From assembly GCA_047602425.1 (NCBI GenBank), contig JASGHG010000001.1:736001-800000 (forward strand): DNA of 64,000 bases, in the 5' to 3' direction. Source of the stretch: Nibricoccus sp. Lineage in GTDB: Bacteria; Verrucomicrobiota; Verrucomicrobiia; Opitutales; Opitutaceae. Positions 48,881-57,496 of this stretch are shown piece after piece (within the stretch, counting starts at the first letter, position 1; every line of letters begins with the position of its first letter). The notes under the pieces are model-generated. The model worked only from the letters and a program-made list of their open reading frames with translations. It had not been told where the DNA came from and ran no database searches. Both the position numbers and the translations under genes were made by a program.

Positions 48881-49307
48881 TTCCGTTGGGGGTTTGTTTT
48901 GGCTGGGGGGTCAGCAGGTTTTGCAGGCAATCGCTGTCGCTGCGAAGTTGCCTGCGAGTTTCCAAAAAAGGCCGCCAGGCGCGAATGCGGTACGCCGCGA
49001 GCCAGATCATCGAACCACCGACTAAAAGATAACCCAAGGCCACCAATCCAAGGATCAGCGTGCGCTCCGGCATGTCCCAGACCATGGCCGCGATCATAAA
49101 GGTGGCGGCAAAACCACCCAGCAGGAACAACGCCGCCGCGACGAGCGCCGCCACCACGGTGAGAAGCGCATGGTGGGAAAGTTGCGAAAGTTCAAGCGCC
49201 ACAAGTTCGCCCCTGTGAACAGCCCCCCCGAGGAATACTTTCAGGGCGGGCACAATCTGGCCAAGTCCTATGTTCGGCAGGGGCGAAGTTGTGGTCGCGT
49301 TGTCCAT
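48867..49307 (-). CDS. yqjE: YqjE/holin-X family two-TM membrane protein
   Basis: HRGELVALEL, two TM segments, PFLETRRQLRSD. Follows the DUF883 gene. Confidence 0.75.
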   Translation of the reverse strand: MDNATTTSPLPNIGLGQIVPALKVFLGGAVHRGELVALELSQLSHHALLTVVAALVAAALFLLGGFAATFMIAAMVWDMPERTLILGLVALGYLLVGGSMIWLAAYRIRAWRPFLETRRQLRSDSDCLQNLLTPQPKQTPNGNGDA

Positions 49308-49337
49308 TTGGAACGGGCGTTTAGCGCAAGCGTATGT

Positions 49338-49652
49338 TTAGTTTCGCGAGCAGCTGCGTGCGATAAAATAGCCAACGAGCAGGCCCGTGGCCGTCGCAAT
49401 GCCGATCGAGGCGTAAGGATTCGCTCGCACGAGCTCGTCGGCTTTCGCCGCCTGCCTGCGCGCCATCTCCGCCGCCTGACTCAGCGTATGCTTGCTTTCC
49501 TCGTATGCACTGCGCAGGCGATCGCGCAGGCCCCTCACCTCCTCACCTGCCTCGGCGCCAACGTTTGCCAGCGCCTTTTCCGCCTCGCGGATCAAAGCCT
49601 TGAGTTCATCCACCGTGTGACCGGCGTGTTCGTTCATTGTAGTGTCAGCCAT
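49338..49652 (-). CDS. DUF883 ElaB/YqjD/YgaM family tail-anchored protein
   Basis: ELKALIREAE, ADELVRANPYASIGIATATGLLVGYFIAR C-terminal anchor. Confidence 0.88.
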   Translation of the reverse strand: MADTTMNEHAGHTVDELKALIREAEKALANVGAEAGEEVRGLRDRLRSAYEESKHTLSQAAEMARRQAAKADELVRANPYASIGIATATGLLVGYFIARSCSRN

Positions 49653-49681
49653 AAGTCCTTTCATATTTTTTAGTTTTATAT

Positions 49682-49885
49682 TTACGGCGAACGCCTCGAA
49701 AAAAGCACGAGGCCGCCCACCAAGATTCCTGCAATGCCGCCAATGATAAGCCCGAGGCTTTTGTCGGTCGGTGTCCCGCTCACGGCTTTCGTCACCGAGG
49801 AGGACAGTGAGTTGGCGGAGTTCAATCCGTAAACCAACAGTATTGCTCCGACGACCAATATAACAATTGCGATCATTTTATACAT
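49682..49885 (-). CDS. DUF3185 family small membrane protein
   Basis: MYKMIAIVILVVGAILLVYGLNSANSLSSSVTKAVSGTPTDKSLGLIIGG..., with GGAG RBS before ATG 49885. Confidence 0.75.
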   Translation of the reverse strand: MYKMIAIVILVVGAILLVYGLNSANSLSSSVTKAVSGTPTDKSLGLIIGGIAGILVGGLVLFSRRSP

Positions 49886-49905
49886 ATTCACTCCGATTTT
49901 GGATT

Positions 49906-50055
49906 TTATCCCAACGGTTTCCGCCCGCTGAACAACCTGACCAACACCACCACAAAAGCAACCAGCAGCAAAAGGTGAATGTATCCACCCAATGTATACG
50001 AAGACACCAAGCCTAGCAGCCAAAGAACGATCAAGATGACAGCGATTGCTTCCAT
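49906..50055 (-). CDS. Lmo0937-family small membrane protein
   Basis: MEAIAVILIVLWLLGLVSSYTLGGYIHLLLLVAFVVVLVRLFSGRKPLG. Confidence 0.82.
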   Translation of the reverse strand: MEAIAVILIVLWLLGLVSSYTLGGYIHLLLLVAFVVVLVRLFSGRKPLG

Positions 50056-50083
50056 GATGAGGGGCGTTGCGCATTCTGCTTTC

Positions 50084-50098
50084 GCAACAATGGTGCCA
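50084..50098 (-). promoter_or_regulatory. Sigma54 -24/-12 promoter for the lmo0937-DUF3185-yqjDEK operon
   Basis: Minus strand TGGCAC-CATTG-TTGC, a perfect match to TGGCAC-N5-TTGC, about 30 bp before the first ATG. Confidence 0.85.
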
Positions 50099-50174
50099 AA
50101 TATCACGCCAATGCGTTTCTTGTTTATTTTTAATGCCTTACAAACAATCCACTATTCGACGCATGCTTGAAAGG

Positions 50175-50218
50175 CTGCATTTTGCCCGCAGGGCGCCCCT
50201 CGGGTTCGCAATTTGCCA
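50175..50218. promoter_or_regulatory. Paired upstream activator sites for the 50098 sigma54 promoter
   Basis: CTGCATTTTGCCC (50175-50187) and TCGCAATTTGCCA (50206-50218), 31 bp apart, mirrored at 53148-53191. Confidence 0.65.
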
Positions 50219-50422
50219 TGTCTGGATGAGGAAAATCTCCGGTGCTCCACCGAGAAACCGTCCCGCTGTACGGGGAGAAAGGGACGTGATACCGAGTGCA
50301 AACGCTCACGCTGTCGGTTGCCCTCCCGTTTTTGGTGGGACCGCCTCAAAAAATTTGACGAACTACTAAACGTACCCAACTCAGCACCGCCGGCACAAGC
50401 AGACCGCTCGGCCTTCAAATGT

Positions 50423-51448
50423 TCATGGACTGCTTTGCGTGGGAAATTCGAGATAGAGCTCCTGCCGCTCGTCGGTGAGTTTGCTCCCGGTTCGTCCACC
50501 TTGAGCCACGACAAGCGCCTTGCAGATCGCCAGTCCAAGATCGGCGCCGGCGGGTCCTTTCCTGAGGCCGAAAGTTTCAGCCGCCCGGCTTTTCCGGTCT
50601 AAGGAGCCTTCGGTGCGCGCCGGACAGCTCACTCCGATTCGCAGCCAATTTTCGCCGACCGAGAGTGAAACAGAAATATTTTCCCCGCGTTGGCTAAGGA
50701 GCGCCGTATTCTTCAATAATTCCGCGAGCGCCCGTTCGACTTTACCAACGTCTATATACAAGCGAGGAAGTTCTTCCGTCGGAGCATGAATAACGACCTG
50801 CTGCGCGTTGCGATCAAACAACGGCCGGGTTTCCGCCAAGGGATTGGCCAACAGCATCGACGGCTCGACCAGCGTGCGCGTCAGAGCTTCCTGCCCGCTC
50901 TCGATCAGGAAGATCTCATTAATTTGCTGCACGAGTCGGAGCATATTCTCGCAGTCGTCGCGGCTGGCCTCGATCAATTCACGCTGTTCCGGCGCGAGCG
51001 CGCCCAGTTTTTCCTCCAACAAGAGGTGAAGCGCCATGCGAATGCTCGTGATCGGAGTTTTCACTTCATGACCCAGCAAGGCAAACGCCCGCGTCGTGGA
51101 GCGGCTCGCCTCCCACAAACCCGATACTTCCGAGAACAAAATCGTCCAGCCCTCGCCAGACTCTGAAAATTGTGGAAGAAAAAAACGGGCGTCGGGTTCG
51201 CGGCCCATCTGAACCACAAATTCCCGATCACTAGACCAAGCAGTGCGCCGGCCGGCTTTCAGTGCGTCCAGCTGTTCCAGGATCACTTCATTCGCCGTGC
51301 GTTCGCCAAAATCCCCGTGAGCGATTGCCTCCGCGGCCGCATTCGAAACCAAAACCACACGATCAGCACTAATGATAAAACACGGCGCCGGAAAATCCGC
51401 CAACAAGACTGTTCCTCCGCCCGCCTCGTTGACGCCGGCTTTGCTCAT
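50423..51448 (-). CDS. KinB-like histidine kinase lacking TM sensor, degenerate ATP-binding domain
   Basis: PAS-like N-terminus, H-box GHEVKTPITSIRM, ADLGLAICK. No DxGxG. ATGA overlap with the upstream activator gene. Confidence 0.75.
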   Translation of the reverse strand: MSKAGVNEAGGGTVLLADFPAPCFIISADRVVLVSNAAAEAIAHGDFGERTANEVILEQLDALKAGRRTAWSSDREFVVQMGREPDARFFLPQFSESGEGWTILFSEVSGLWEASRSTTRAFALLGHEVKTPITSIRMALHLLLEEKLGALAPEQRELIEASRDDCENMLRLVQQINEIFLIESGQEALTRTLVEPSMLLANPLAETRPLFDRNAQQVVIHAPTEELPRLYIDVGKVERALAELLKNTALLSQRGENISVSLSVGENWLRIGVSCPARTEGSLDRKSRAAETFGLRKGPAGADLGLAICKALVVAQGGRTGSKLTDERQELYLEFPTQSSP

Positions 51449-52815
51449 GTCGCGGCCACCTCAACAGCCGCATTTGCCGCCGCCGCCCAGCGCTTTCGTT
51501 TTCGATAAAGCGTCGCAACGTCCTTGCCAAGAATCGCAGCAGCCTCCTCAAGTTTGACGGTGCGCGCAATCACCCGGCGAACGTGTTCCTGCTCGATGGC
51601 CTCGAGCGAGACCAGCGCGCCGAGTTCAACGACGCCTGACTGCGTCGAGGCAGAAAGCTCCACCGGCAAATCGCCCAGCTCCACACGGTCGCCGTGCGAT
51701 AGAATTACCGCGCGCTCGATGGCGTTTCTGAGTTCACGGAGATTTCCCGGCCAAGTGTGCGCTTTTATTGCCGCCCATGCTTCCGGGCTAAATTCTTTAA
51801 CCGCACGGCCAGCGTCGTCGGCGAAAAACCGCAGGAAGCTCAATGCCATTTTGGTAAGATCCATCGGACGCTCGCGCAGCGGTGGAACCGTCACCGATAT
51901 AACATTGAGTCTATAATATAAATCTTCGCGGAAGGCTCCCATTTTCACCGCAGCCCCTAGATCGCGATTTGTCGCGGCGATCACGCGCACGTCCGCCACG
52001 CGCGATTTGGTGTCGCCCACTCGTTCGTACGTTCGCTCTTGTAGCAGGCGCAGAAGCTTGGGTTGGAGTTCGGGCGGAAGTTCTCCGATTTCGTCGAGAA
52101 AAAGCGTGCCGCCCCGAGCCGCTTCCACTTTTCCCCACTTGTCCTTTACCGCACCGGTGAACGCACCCTGCACATGGCCGAACAATTCGCTTTCCAAGAG
52201 CTCCCGGGAAAGACTCGGGCAACTCACGGTCACGAAAGGACCATCCGCCACGGCACTGCGTTCGTGCACATGTCTCGCCAAAAGACTTTTGCCGGTGCCG
52301 TTTTCTCCCAGCACCAAAATGGTGGCGCGCGTGTTAGCTGCACGTTCCAACACCTCCACAACATTTTTCATCTTGCTGTCGACAGGCGAAAAATCCGGCG
52401 GCGGAGCGGTGCGCGTGACTTGCTCGGCCAAGCCCTCCGCTTTTTGACGAAGCCGCTGGGTGCGTTCCACGCGCTCAAGCACCGTTCGCAGCTGTTCAGG
52501 GGTGAAAGGTTTTTCCAAATAGTCCGTCGCGCCCCGGCGGATTGCTTCAACCGCGGTATGAATACTCGCATGCGCCGTGCTAATGATAATGGCAATTCCC
52601 GGGGCAATTTTTTGCAAACGCGCAATATAATCCAAGCCGTCTGCCTCGCCTTCCAAATGAAGATCGAGCACCACCAGGTCGTAGCGATCCTCTTGTAATT
52701 TCAATACAGCCACCCTGCCACTGTCAGCCATGCCCGCTTCGTGCCCTTCGGCGCGAACCGCATGAGACAATGCTATACGAATCGGTTTTTGGTCGTCGAC
52801 GATGAGAATACGCAT
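51445..52815 (-). CDS. Sigma54-dependent response regulator (NtrC family, AlgB-like)
   Basis: Receiver MRILIVDD...LDLHL, Walker A GENGTGKS, GAFTGA, FLDEIGEL, DLYYRLNV, Fis-type HTH AAAILGKDVATLYRKRK resembling AlgB. Confidence 0.93.
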   Translation of the reverse strand: MRILIVDDQKPIRIALSHAVRAEGHEAGMADSGRVAVLKLQEDRYDLVVLDLHLEGEADGLDYIARLQKIAPGIAIIISTAHASIHTAVEAIRRGATDYLEKPFTPEQLRTVLERVERTQRLRQKAEGLAEQVTRTAPPPDFSPVDSKMKNVVEVLERAANTRATILVLGENGTGKSLLARHVHERSAVADGPFVTVSCPSLSRELLESELFGHVQGAFTGAVKDKWGKVEAARGGTLFLDEIGELPPELQPKLLRLLQERTYERVGDTKSRVADVRVIAATNRDLGAAVKMGAFREDLYYRLNVISVTVPPLRERPMDLTKMALSFLRFFADDAGRAVKEFSPEAWAAIKAHTWPGNLRELRNAIERAVILSHGDRVELGDLPVELSASTQSGVVELGALVSLEAIEQEHVRRVIARTVKLEEAAAILGKDVATLYRKRKRWAAAANAAVEVAAT

Positions 52816-53147
52816 GCTGTGTGGAGTCCGGTCTGATCGACAGTGTTGTAGTGCCATTAATGATACATGATGCGGCGTCCGCCCGGAAACCGATGATAAA
52901 AACTGAGAACGTTTGCCGCAAAAGTCAAAAGAACGGTCCACAATTACGAACCAATCCCGCGAGTTTTTTTCCATCCCTTTGGTTTCGTATTTGCGATTGC
53001 CGTCGCTGGAATATTTTTCGCGCCGCGCAAAATTAACCGCGATCCGATTGATATTGTTCACGCTTTTTCGTGGCTCGAAATCGTGTGAATTCTGGCGCGA
53101 CGTCCCCGTCATAAAAATGACTTCTGCCTCCTCGACTTCGGAGTCGC

Positions 53148-53191
53148 TGGCAATTTGCCAAATCGAGTGAAACAAGCGCTGCAATTCGCCC
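53148..53191. promoter_or_regulatory. Paired upstream activator sites for the 53269 sigma54 promoter
   Basis: Palindrome TGGCAATTTGCCA (53148-53160) and CTGCAATTCGCCC (53179-53191), 31 bp apart. Confidence 0.65.
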
Positions 53192-53268
53192 GGTCAAAGC
53201 CCCCGGAAGTTCTCCTAGCCGTCTTTTAACCGTTTATGGCAAAGAGCGTTACATCTCCAACCTTGGGT

Positions 53269-53283
53269 TGGCATGCGACTGGC
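53269..53283 (+). promoter_or_regulatory. Sigma54 -24/-12 promoter for the rightward stress operon
   Basis: TGGCAT-GCGAC-TGGC (GG-N10-GC), about 50 bp before ATG 53332. Confidence 0.65.
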
Positions 53284-53331
53284 GTAGATCGAAAGCGAAC
53301 CCGACTCACGTTGCGAAATTTACCGACCATC

Positions 53332-54009
53332 ATGACTCGTTCTGCCCGATTCAAATCCGCGATCCACGCCTTTACCTGGTTCGTCTTCGCTCTGCTGCTC
53401 GTCGTCGACACGGCTCCCGTCCTTGCGGCCGGAGACGCCGCTGTTTCCGAACAGGATGCCGCGAAGGTTTTGCTGCAAGATTTGGACTATCAGCTCGCCC
53501 GTTTGGAAAAACTGCAGGAGAGCCTCCAAACCAAAGACGAGCGGGCGATTGCCGAAACGCGGTTGGCTGCATTCAGGGAGCGACGCATCGACCTCCGTAA
53601 AAAGTTCAATCAAGCCGGATATGAAGTGCTCAAAGCCGACGTGGCGGTGGAGCAGGCGCGCTTGTCCGCAGATATTGCCAGAGCCACGACGAGCGAGGGA
53701 ACCAGTGACGCTGTTCCACAAAAAGTCGATTTGGTACTGCCGGGAAAAATCGAAAACGTCCGCGCGGCATCGGGCGAAAAAATCAATGCACCTCAGATTC
53801 CCGCCCTGCTCGCTTCGCTCGAAACCGAAATCATCGAGCTGGAAAAAAGAGTGAATCAGATGCCCATCAGCACCGAGCGCGATGCAACAAAACGACGCGT
53901 ACAAATGCTGCGCGACCGCAGCGTGGATCTAACGACGGCCTTTGACAAAAGGCGCTATGACCTTCTCCGGGCCGACGTGAAATCCGAATGGGATACTGTC
54001 ACGCGGTGA
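53332..54009 (+). CDS. Secreted helical protein with two 58-aa internal repeats
   Basis: Signal peptide MTRSARFK...PVLA, repeats at 53470-53643 and 53806-53979. Confidence 0.7.
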   Translation: MTRSARFKSAIHAFTWFVFALLLVVDTAPVLAAGDAAVSEQDAAKVLLQDLDYQLARLEKLQESLQTKDERAIAETRLAAFRERRIDLRKKFNQAGYEVLKADVAVEQARLSADIARATTSEGTSDAVPQKVDLVLPGKIENVRAASGEKINAPQIPALLASLETEIIELEKRVNQMPISTERDATKRRVQMLRDRSVDLTTAFDKRRYDLLRADVKSEWDTVTR

Positions 54010-54129
54010 CGTTCACGAACCACTCCTTGTAACCATACCGACTTACTCGACCCACGGCATTTTTTCCAACACCGCCATTCTCCCACCATTCGGCGAGCCG
54101 AGCCCCCAACCCTCCCAAAAAACATACTC

Positions 54130-54789
54130 ATGCAAGTCCTCAAAACTTCCAGCGCCGCCCCCGCCGCACACTGGGATCGCACGGCCACCCCCGCCGCCAC
54201 AAATCACAATCTGTGCGATTTCTTCATCCAGGAACTCGCCGGCACGTTCGCCAGCGCCGATGCAATTCTCGCTTCAGCTGAAGCCCTCGAAAATTGGATC
54301 CCCGCCTACCATGCCGCACTTCGAGGCACACTCGGAGAAGTGGCCAAAACCGCGCGCCACTGCCGACGCGAACTGTGCAACACCCTCGATCACCATCGTA
54401 TTCACATCTTCGCTACACCGAGCCCGGCCATCGTCGCGCTCTTGGAAACCATGGAGCCGGGACGCCGCGAAAATCTCTTCGAGCCCTGGGGCGTTTTCGG
54501 CACGCGTATGATCTCAATTTTCAGAAAGGCGGCGATGCAGATGGAACTTCAGGCATCCGACCTTTCCGAGTACGCCTACTTGCTTGGTTTGGACGCCCTG
54601 TGGGAGCCACTCCGGGAACGCGCCAACGAATGGTCGGCGTGCGCGGCACTTTTGCATTCCAAAAAGACCAGCTTCTGCGCGGAGGCTTACATGGGAGGAG
54701 CCGGCAAAGCCCTTCAAAAACCTGTTTCGAAACACAACCATAACCCACAACTAAAATCACCATGTTACGCTGGATTATCATATTCCTAG
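54130..54789 (+). CDS. Divergent YciF/DUF892-like ferritin-fold protein lacking metal ligands
   Basis: Colinear hydrophobic pattern with the YciF at 41362 ([10 protein letters not shown] vs [18 protein letters not shown] vs RNFAEVVG), but without the Glu/His ligands. Confidence 0.55.
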   Translation: MQVLKTSSAAPAAHWDRTATPAATNHNLCDFFIQELAGTFASADAILASAEALENWIPAYHAALRGTLGEVAKTARHCRRELCNTLDHHRIHIFATPSPAIVALLETMEPGRRENLFEPWGVFGTRMISIFRKAAMQMELQASDLSEYAYLLGLDALWEPLRERANEWSACAALLHSKKTSFCAEAYMGGAGKALQKPVSKHNHNPQLKSPCYAGLSYS

Positions 54790-54929
54790 TCGTCGCCTTG
54801 ATCGCAGGATTGCTCGGGTTCACCGGCATTGCCGGAACCGCCGCATCCATTGCTCAGATACTCTTCTATATCTTCCTGGTCCTTCTGGTTGTCTCCCTTT
54901 TGGCCGGCGTGATCCGGGGAGGCTGGTGA
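54762..54929 (+). CDS. ytjA: DUF1328 (YtjA/UPF0391) small membrane protein
   Basis: Below the ORF-track cut-off. [55 protein letters not shown]. Confidence 0.9.
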   Translation: MLRWIIIFLVVALIAGLLGFTGIAGTAASIAQILFYIFLVLLVVSLLAGVIRGGW

Positions 54930-54970
54930 CCGGCCGGCCATAGCTCTGAACACAAAACCAACCAACGTTT

Positions 54971-56122
54971 ATGTCCAACTACCCTAAACTCATTTCTTTC
55001 GCGCTGACGACGTTCGCCATCGCGCTTTCCGCGCAAGCCGACTCGAAAAAGACCAAGCCCGAGACTGTCGATGAGGTTTCCGCCCAGAAGATGGGCATGG
55101 CCCACAAGAGTGGGGACATCATTGGCCTCAACGTTGATAACAACAATGGCGAGACGCTCGGCCGCGCCATGGATCTGGCCATTGATCTTACCCGCGGTAC
55201 GGTGGTTAGCGTCATTGTCGGCACTGGTGGGCTCCTGAGCAATTCGGATTACATCGCGATTCCGCCCAACCAGGTCGGCCTTGGAGCAAGCCACAAGGCT
55301 CTCATCGTGAATTCCACGCGGGAAAAACTGAAAAGCGCGCCAACCTTCAACGCCGATCAATGGCGTGAGTTCTATTCGACAAACCGTTGGACTGAGTCCG
55401 CCAAATTCTTCGACAGCCCGGATCGATTGGCGTCCGAACCCGCCAACATCCAGCGCGCGACAAAAGTCGTCGGGATGACCGTGAAGAATAAGCAGGACGA
55501 AAAAGTCGGATCGGTGGAGAACCTCATGGTCGATTTGAACAATAAAAAGATCATAGCCGTGATCGTTTCATCGGGAGGATTTTTGGGAATTGGCGACACA
55601 TTGAGCGCTGTTCCTCCCCGACTCTTTACCTGGGATGCTGAGAATAATGCGCTTCAGCTCGATACGACGAAAGAGGCGCTGCAGCAGGCCCCACATTTCA
55701 AGCAAGGCGAGTGGCCGGATTTTTCCCAAGCCGCCTATGTCGATGGCGTATACCGCGCCTACAATCTCGATGTGAACTCCGAATATAACGAAAAAAACGC
55801 AGACGCGAATAACACCGCCCGCAACACCACTCGTGATCGCGAGAGCCAAAGCATCACGCCTTTGGATCAGGGTAACAATCCCAGCGATCTTCACATCACT
55901 CAACAGATCCGCAAAGCGATCGTGGAAAACAAATCGCTCTCGCTCACGGCGCAGAACGTAAAGGTGATCACCGTCGACGGCCAGGTCACACTTCGCGGTC
56001 CGGTTCGCACCGCTGAAGAAAAACGCATCATCGGCGACATCGCCTCACGCACGGTTCCTCAAGGCAAAGTCGAAAACCAATTGGAGGTCACCCAAGCCGC
56101 CTCGTCTCTGACAGAAATGTAA
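54971..56122 (+). CDS. Periplasmic PRC-barrel x2 + BON (OsmY-like) domain protein
   Basis: Signal peptide, two PRC barrels (IIGLNVDNNNGETLG...GGLL; VVGMTVKNKQDEKVG...GGFLGIG), BON DLHITQQIRKAI...GQVTLRGPV. Confidence 0.85.
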   Translation: MSNYPKLISFALTTFAIALSAQADSKKTKPETVDEVSAQKMGMAHKSGDIIGLNVDNNNGETLGRAMDLAIDLTRGTVVSVIVGTGGLLSNSDYIAIPPNQVGLGASHKALIVNSTREKLKSAPTFNADQWREFYSTNRWTESAKFFDSPDRLASEPANIQRATKVVGMTVKNKQDEKVGSVENLMVDLNNKKIIAVIVSSGGFLGIGDTLSAVPPRLFTWDAENNALQLDTTKEALQQAPHFKQGEWPDFSQAAYVDGVYRAYNLDVNSEYNEKNADANNTARNTTRDRESQSITPLDQGNNPSDLHITQQIRKAIVENKSLSLTAQNVKVITVDGQVTLRGPVRTAEEKRIIGDIASRTVPQGKVENQLEVTQAASSLTEM

Positions 56123-56148
56123 ACCAAAACCATTAAAAAGATATAGTC

Positions 56149-56721
56149 ATGTCTAAAAAATCTGTATTCTGCATTGCGAACTCCTACGTCCAGGCCGAGC
56201 GCATCATCGACCGGCTCAAGGCGGAGAATTTCCTTCACGACGACATTTCGGTTCTATTTCCCGACAAGGAAAGCACCCGCGATTTCGCGCACACTAAAAA
56301 TACCAAGGCGCCGGAGGGAATCACCGCGGGCGCGACGACCGGCGGCGTGATCGGCGGCGCGCTCGGCTGGATTGCCGGCATCGGCGCCCTCGCCATTCCG
56401 GGCGTCGGTCCGTTTATTGCAGCCGGACCGGTTATGGCCGCGCTCAGTGGCGTGGCGGCCGGAGCGACCGTTGGCGGCATCGCGGGCGGGTTGATCGGCC
56501 TCGGCATTCCCGAGATCGAGGCAAAGCGGTACGATGGAAAAATCCGCAAAGGAAACATCCTGATCTCCGTGCACGCCGAAGATTCGAAGTCGCTCACGCG
56601 CGCAAAGGACATCTTCAGCGAACTCGGCGGCGAGGACATTTGCAGCACCAGCGAGGCCGGTGCGCCACGGCAGGACAAAGCTTCGAATCGCACCACCGTC
56701 TCCGGTCCCTCGCCGTTTTAA
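56149..56721 (+). CDS. General stress membrane protein (YflT/17M-like, glycine-zipper hairpin)
   Basis: DDISVL, GATTGGVIGGALG...AIPGVGPFIAAGP...LIGLGIPEIEAKRY...ILISVH. Confidence 0.75.
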   Translation: MSKKSVFCIANSYVQAERIIDRLKAENFLHDDISVLFPDKESTRDFAHTKNTKAPEGITAGATTGGVIGGALGWIAGIGALAIPGVGPFIAAGPVMAALSGVAAGATVGGIAGGLIGLGIPEIEAKRYDGKIRKGNILISVHAEDSKSLTRAKDIFSELGGEDICSTSEAGAPRQDKASNRTTVSGPSPF

Positions 56722-56901
56722 TCGTCCTTTCCTTTAAGTCCGTCACCCGTCGGCCAACGCTCAAACATATCGGGCATCTCCTCGGTAAAGGGATGTAGAG
56801 CGTGTCCGACGGGTGCCGGCCCGGAAGGGTCATGATATATACACTTTAAATGACTAATTATATAATTGTTACGCTAAGTGATTCCGCCGGGGACCGGGCT
56901 C

Positions 56902-57495
56902 ATGGCTGACGTATCCGCACAAGCAAACCTCAATACCCCCAACCAGCACGTCGACTCGCCCGTTGCGCCCACGTGGGATGAAGCGTTTTTGAGAGTGGAA
57001 AGCTATCTGAGGGCGTACGGTCTCGAAAGCCGGATGCGTCTCAATCAAATTACTTCAGAAATCATCCAGACCGCCCAATCGATTTGGCATCATGAAAATG
57101 GTTCGTCACCGGTCCTTCTTTCAATGCAGGTGACGAGGGAAAAAATTGACGGTTGGCTGACCAAGATTGACCTGCCCCCGGAATTCACGAGCGAACGTAC
57201 CACCGCCGAAGCGCGAATCGCCCTGATCCTCGCCGATCTTCCCGGGCGCTGGTCGGACCACTTTCTCAATTCGGGAGCGCTGCCCGCACCGTTCATGAAT
57301 TCCATTGGAACGACGCGAGTCCTGCCAACTCCCGAAATGTGCGTAAGCAGCATGCCGCCCGCGCCTCTGAATCTCGGCACAGAGGGAACGGAGACTACCT
57401 TCGCGCTTCCTTCCATGAGCGGATTTCCCCACGCAGCATTAACCTGGATAACCATACTGAGTTTTTTCTGCACAGTCTGGGCGGCCAGCCACTAA
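56902..57495 (+). CDS. Hypothetical protein coupled to opgH, C-terminal TM segment
   Basis: ORF ends 1 nt before the opgH ATG. RVESYLRAYG N-terminal motif, PEMCVSSMPP, C-terminal hydrophobic helix. Confidence 0.65.
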   Translation: MADVSAQANLNTPNQHVDSPVAPTWDEAFLRVESYLRAYGLESRMRLNQITSEIIQTAQSIWHHENGSSPVLLSMQVTREKIDGWLTKIDLPPEFTSERTTAEARIALILADLPGRWSDHFLNSGALPAPFMNSIGTTRVLPTPEMCVSSMPPAPLNLGTEGTETTFALPSMSGFPHAALTWITILSFFCTVWAASH

Positions 57496-57496
57496 C

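Noticed and set aside
48867..49307. 'Phage holin' family match suggesting a prophage
   Set aside because: It sits in the yqjD-yqjE-yqjK stress-gene context and no phage genes are present.
53048..53061. FNR-like TTGAT-N4-TTCAC box
   Set aside because: Only one good half-site, with no supporting second occurrence.
52816..53184. 123-aa N-terminal extension of the sigma54 regulator
   Set aside because: The receiver domain starts at MRILIVDD (52815). The extension covers the divergent promoter/enhancer region.
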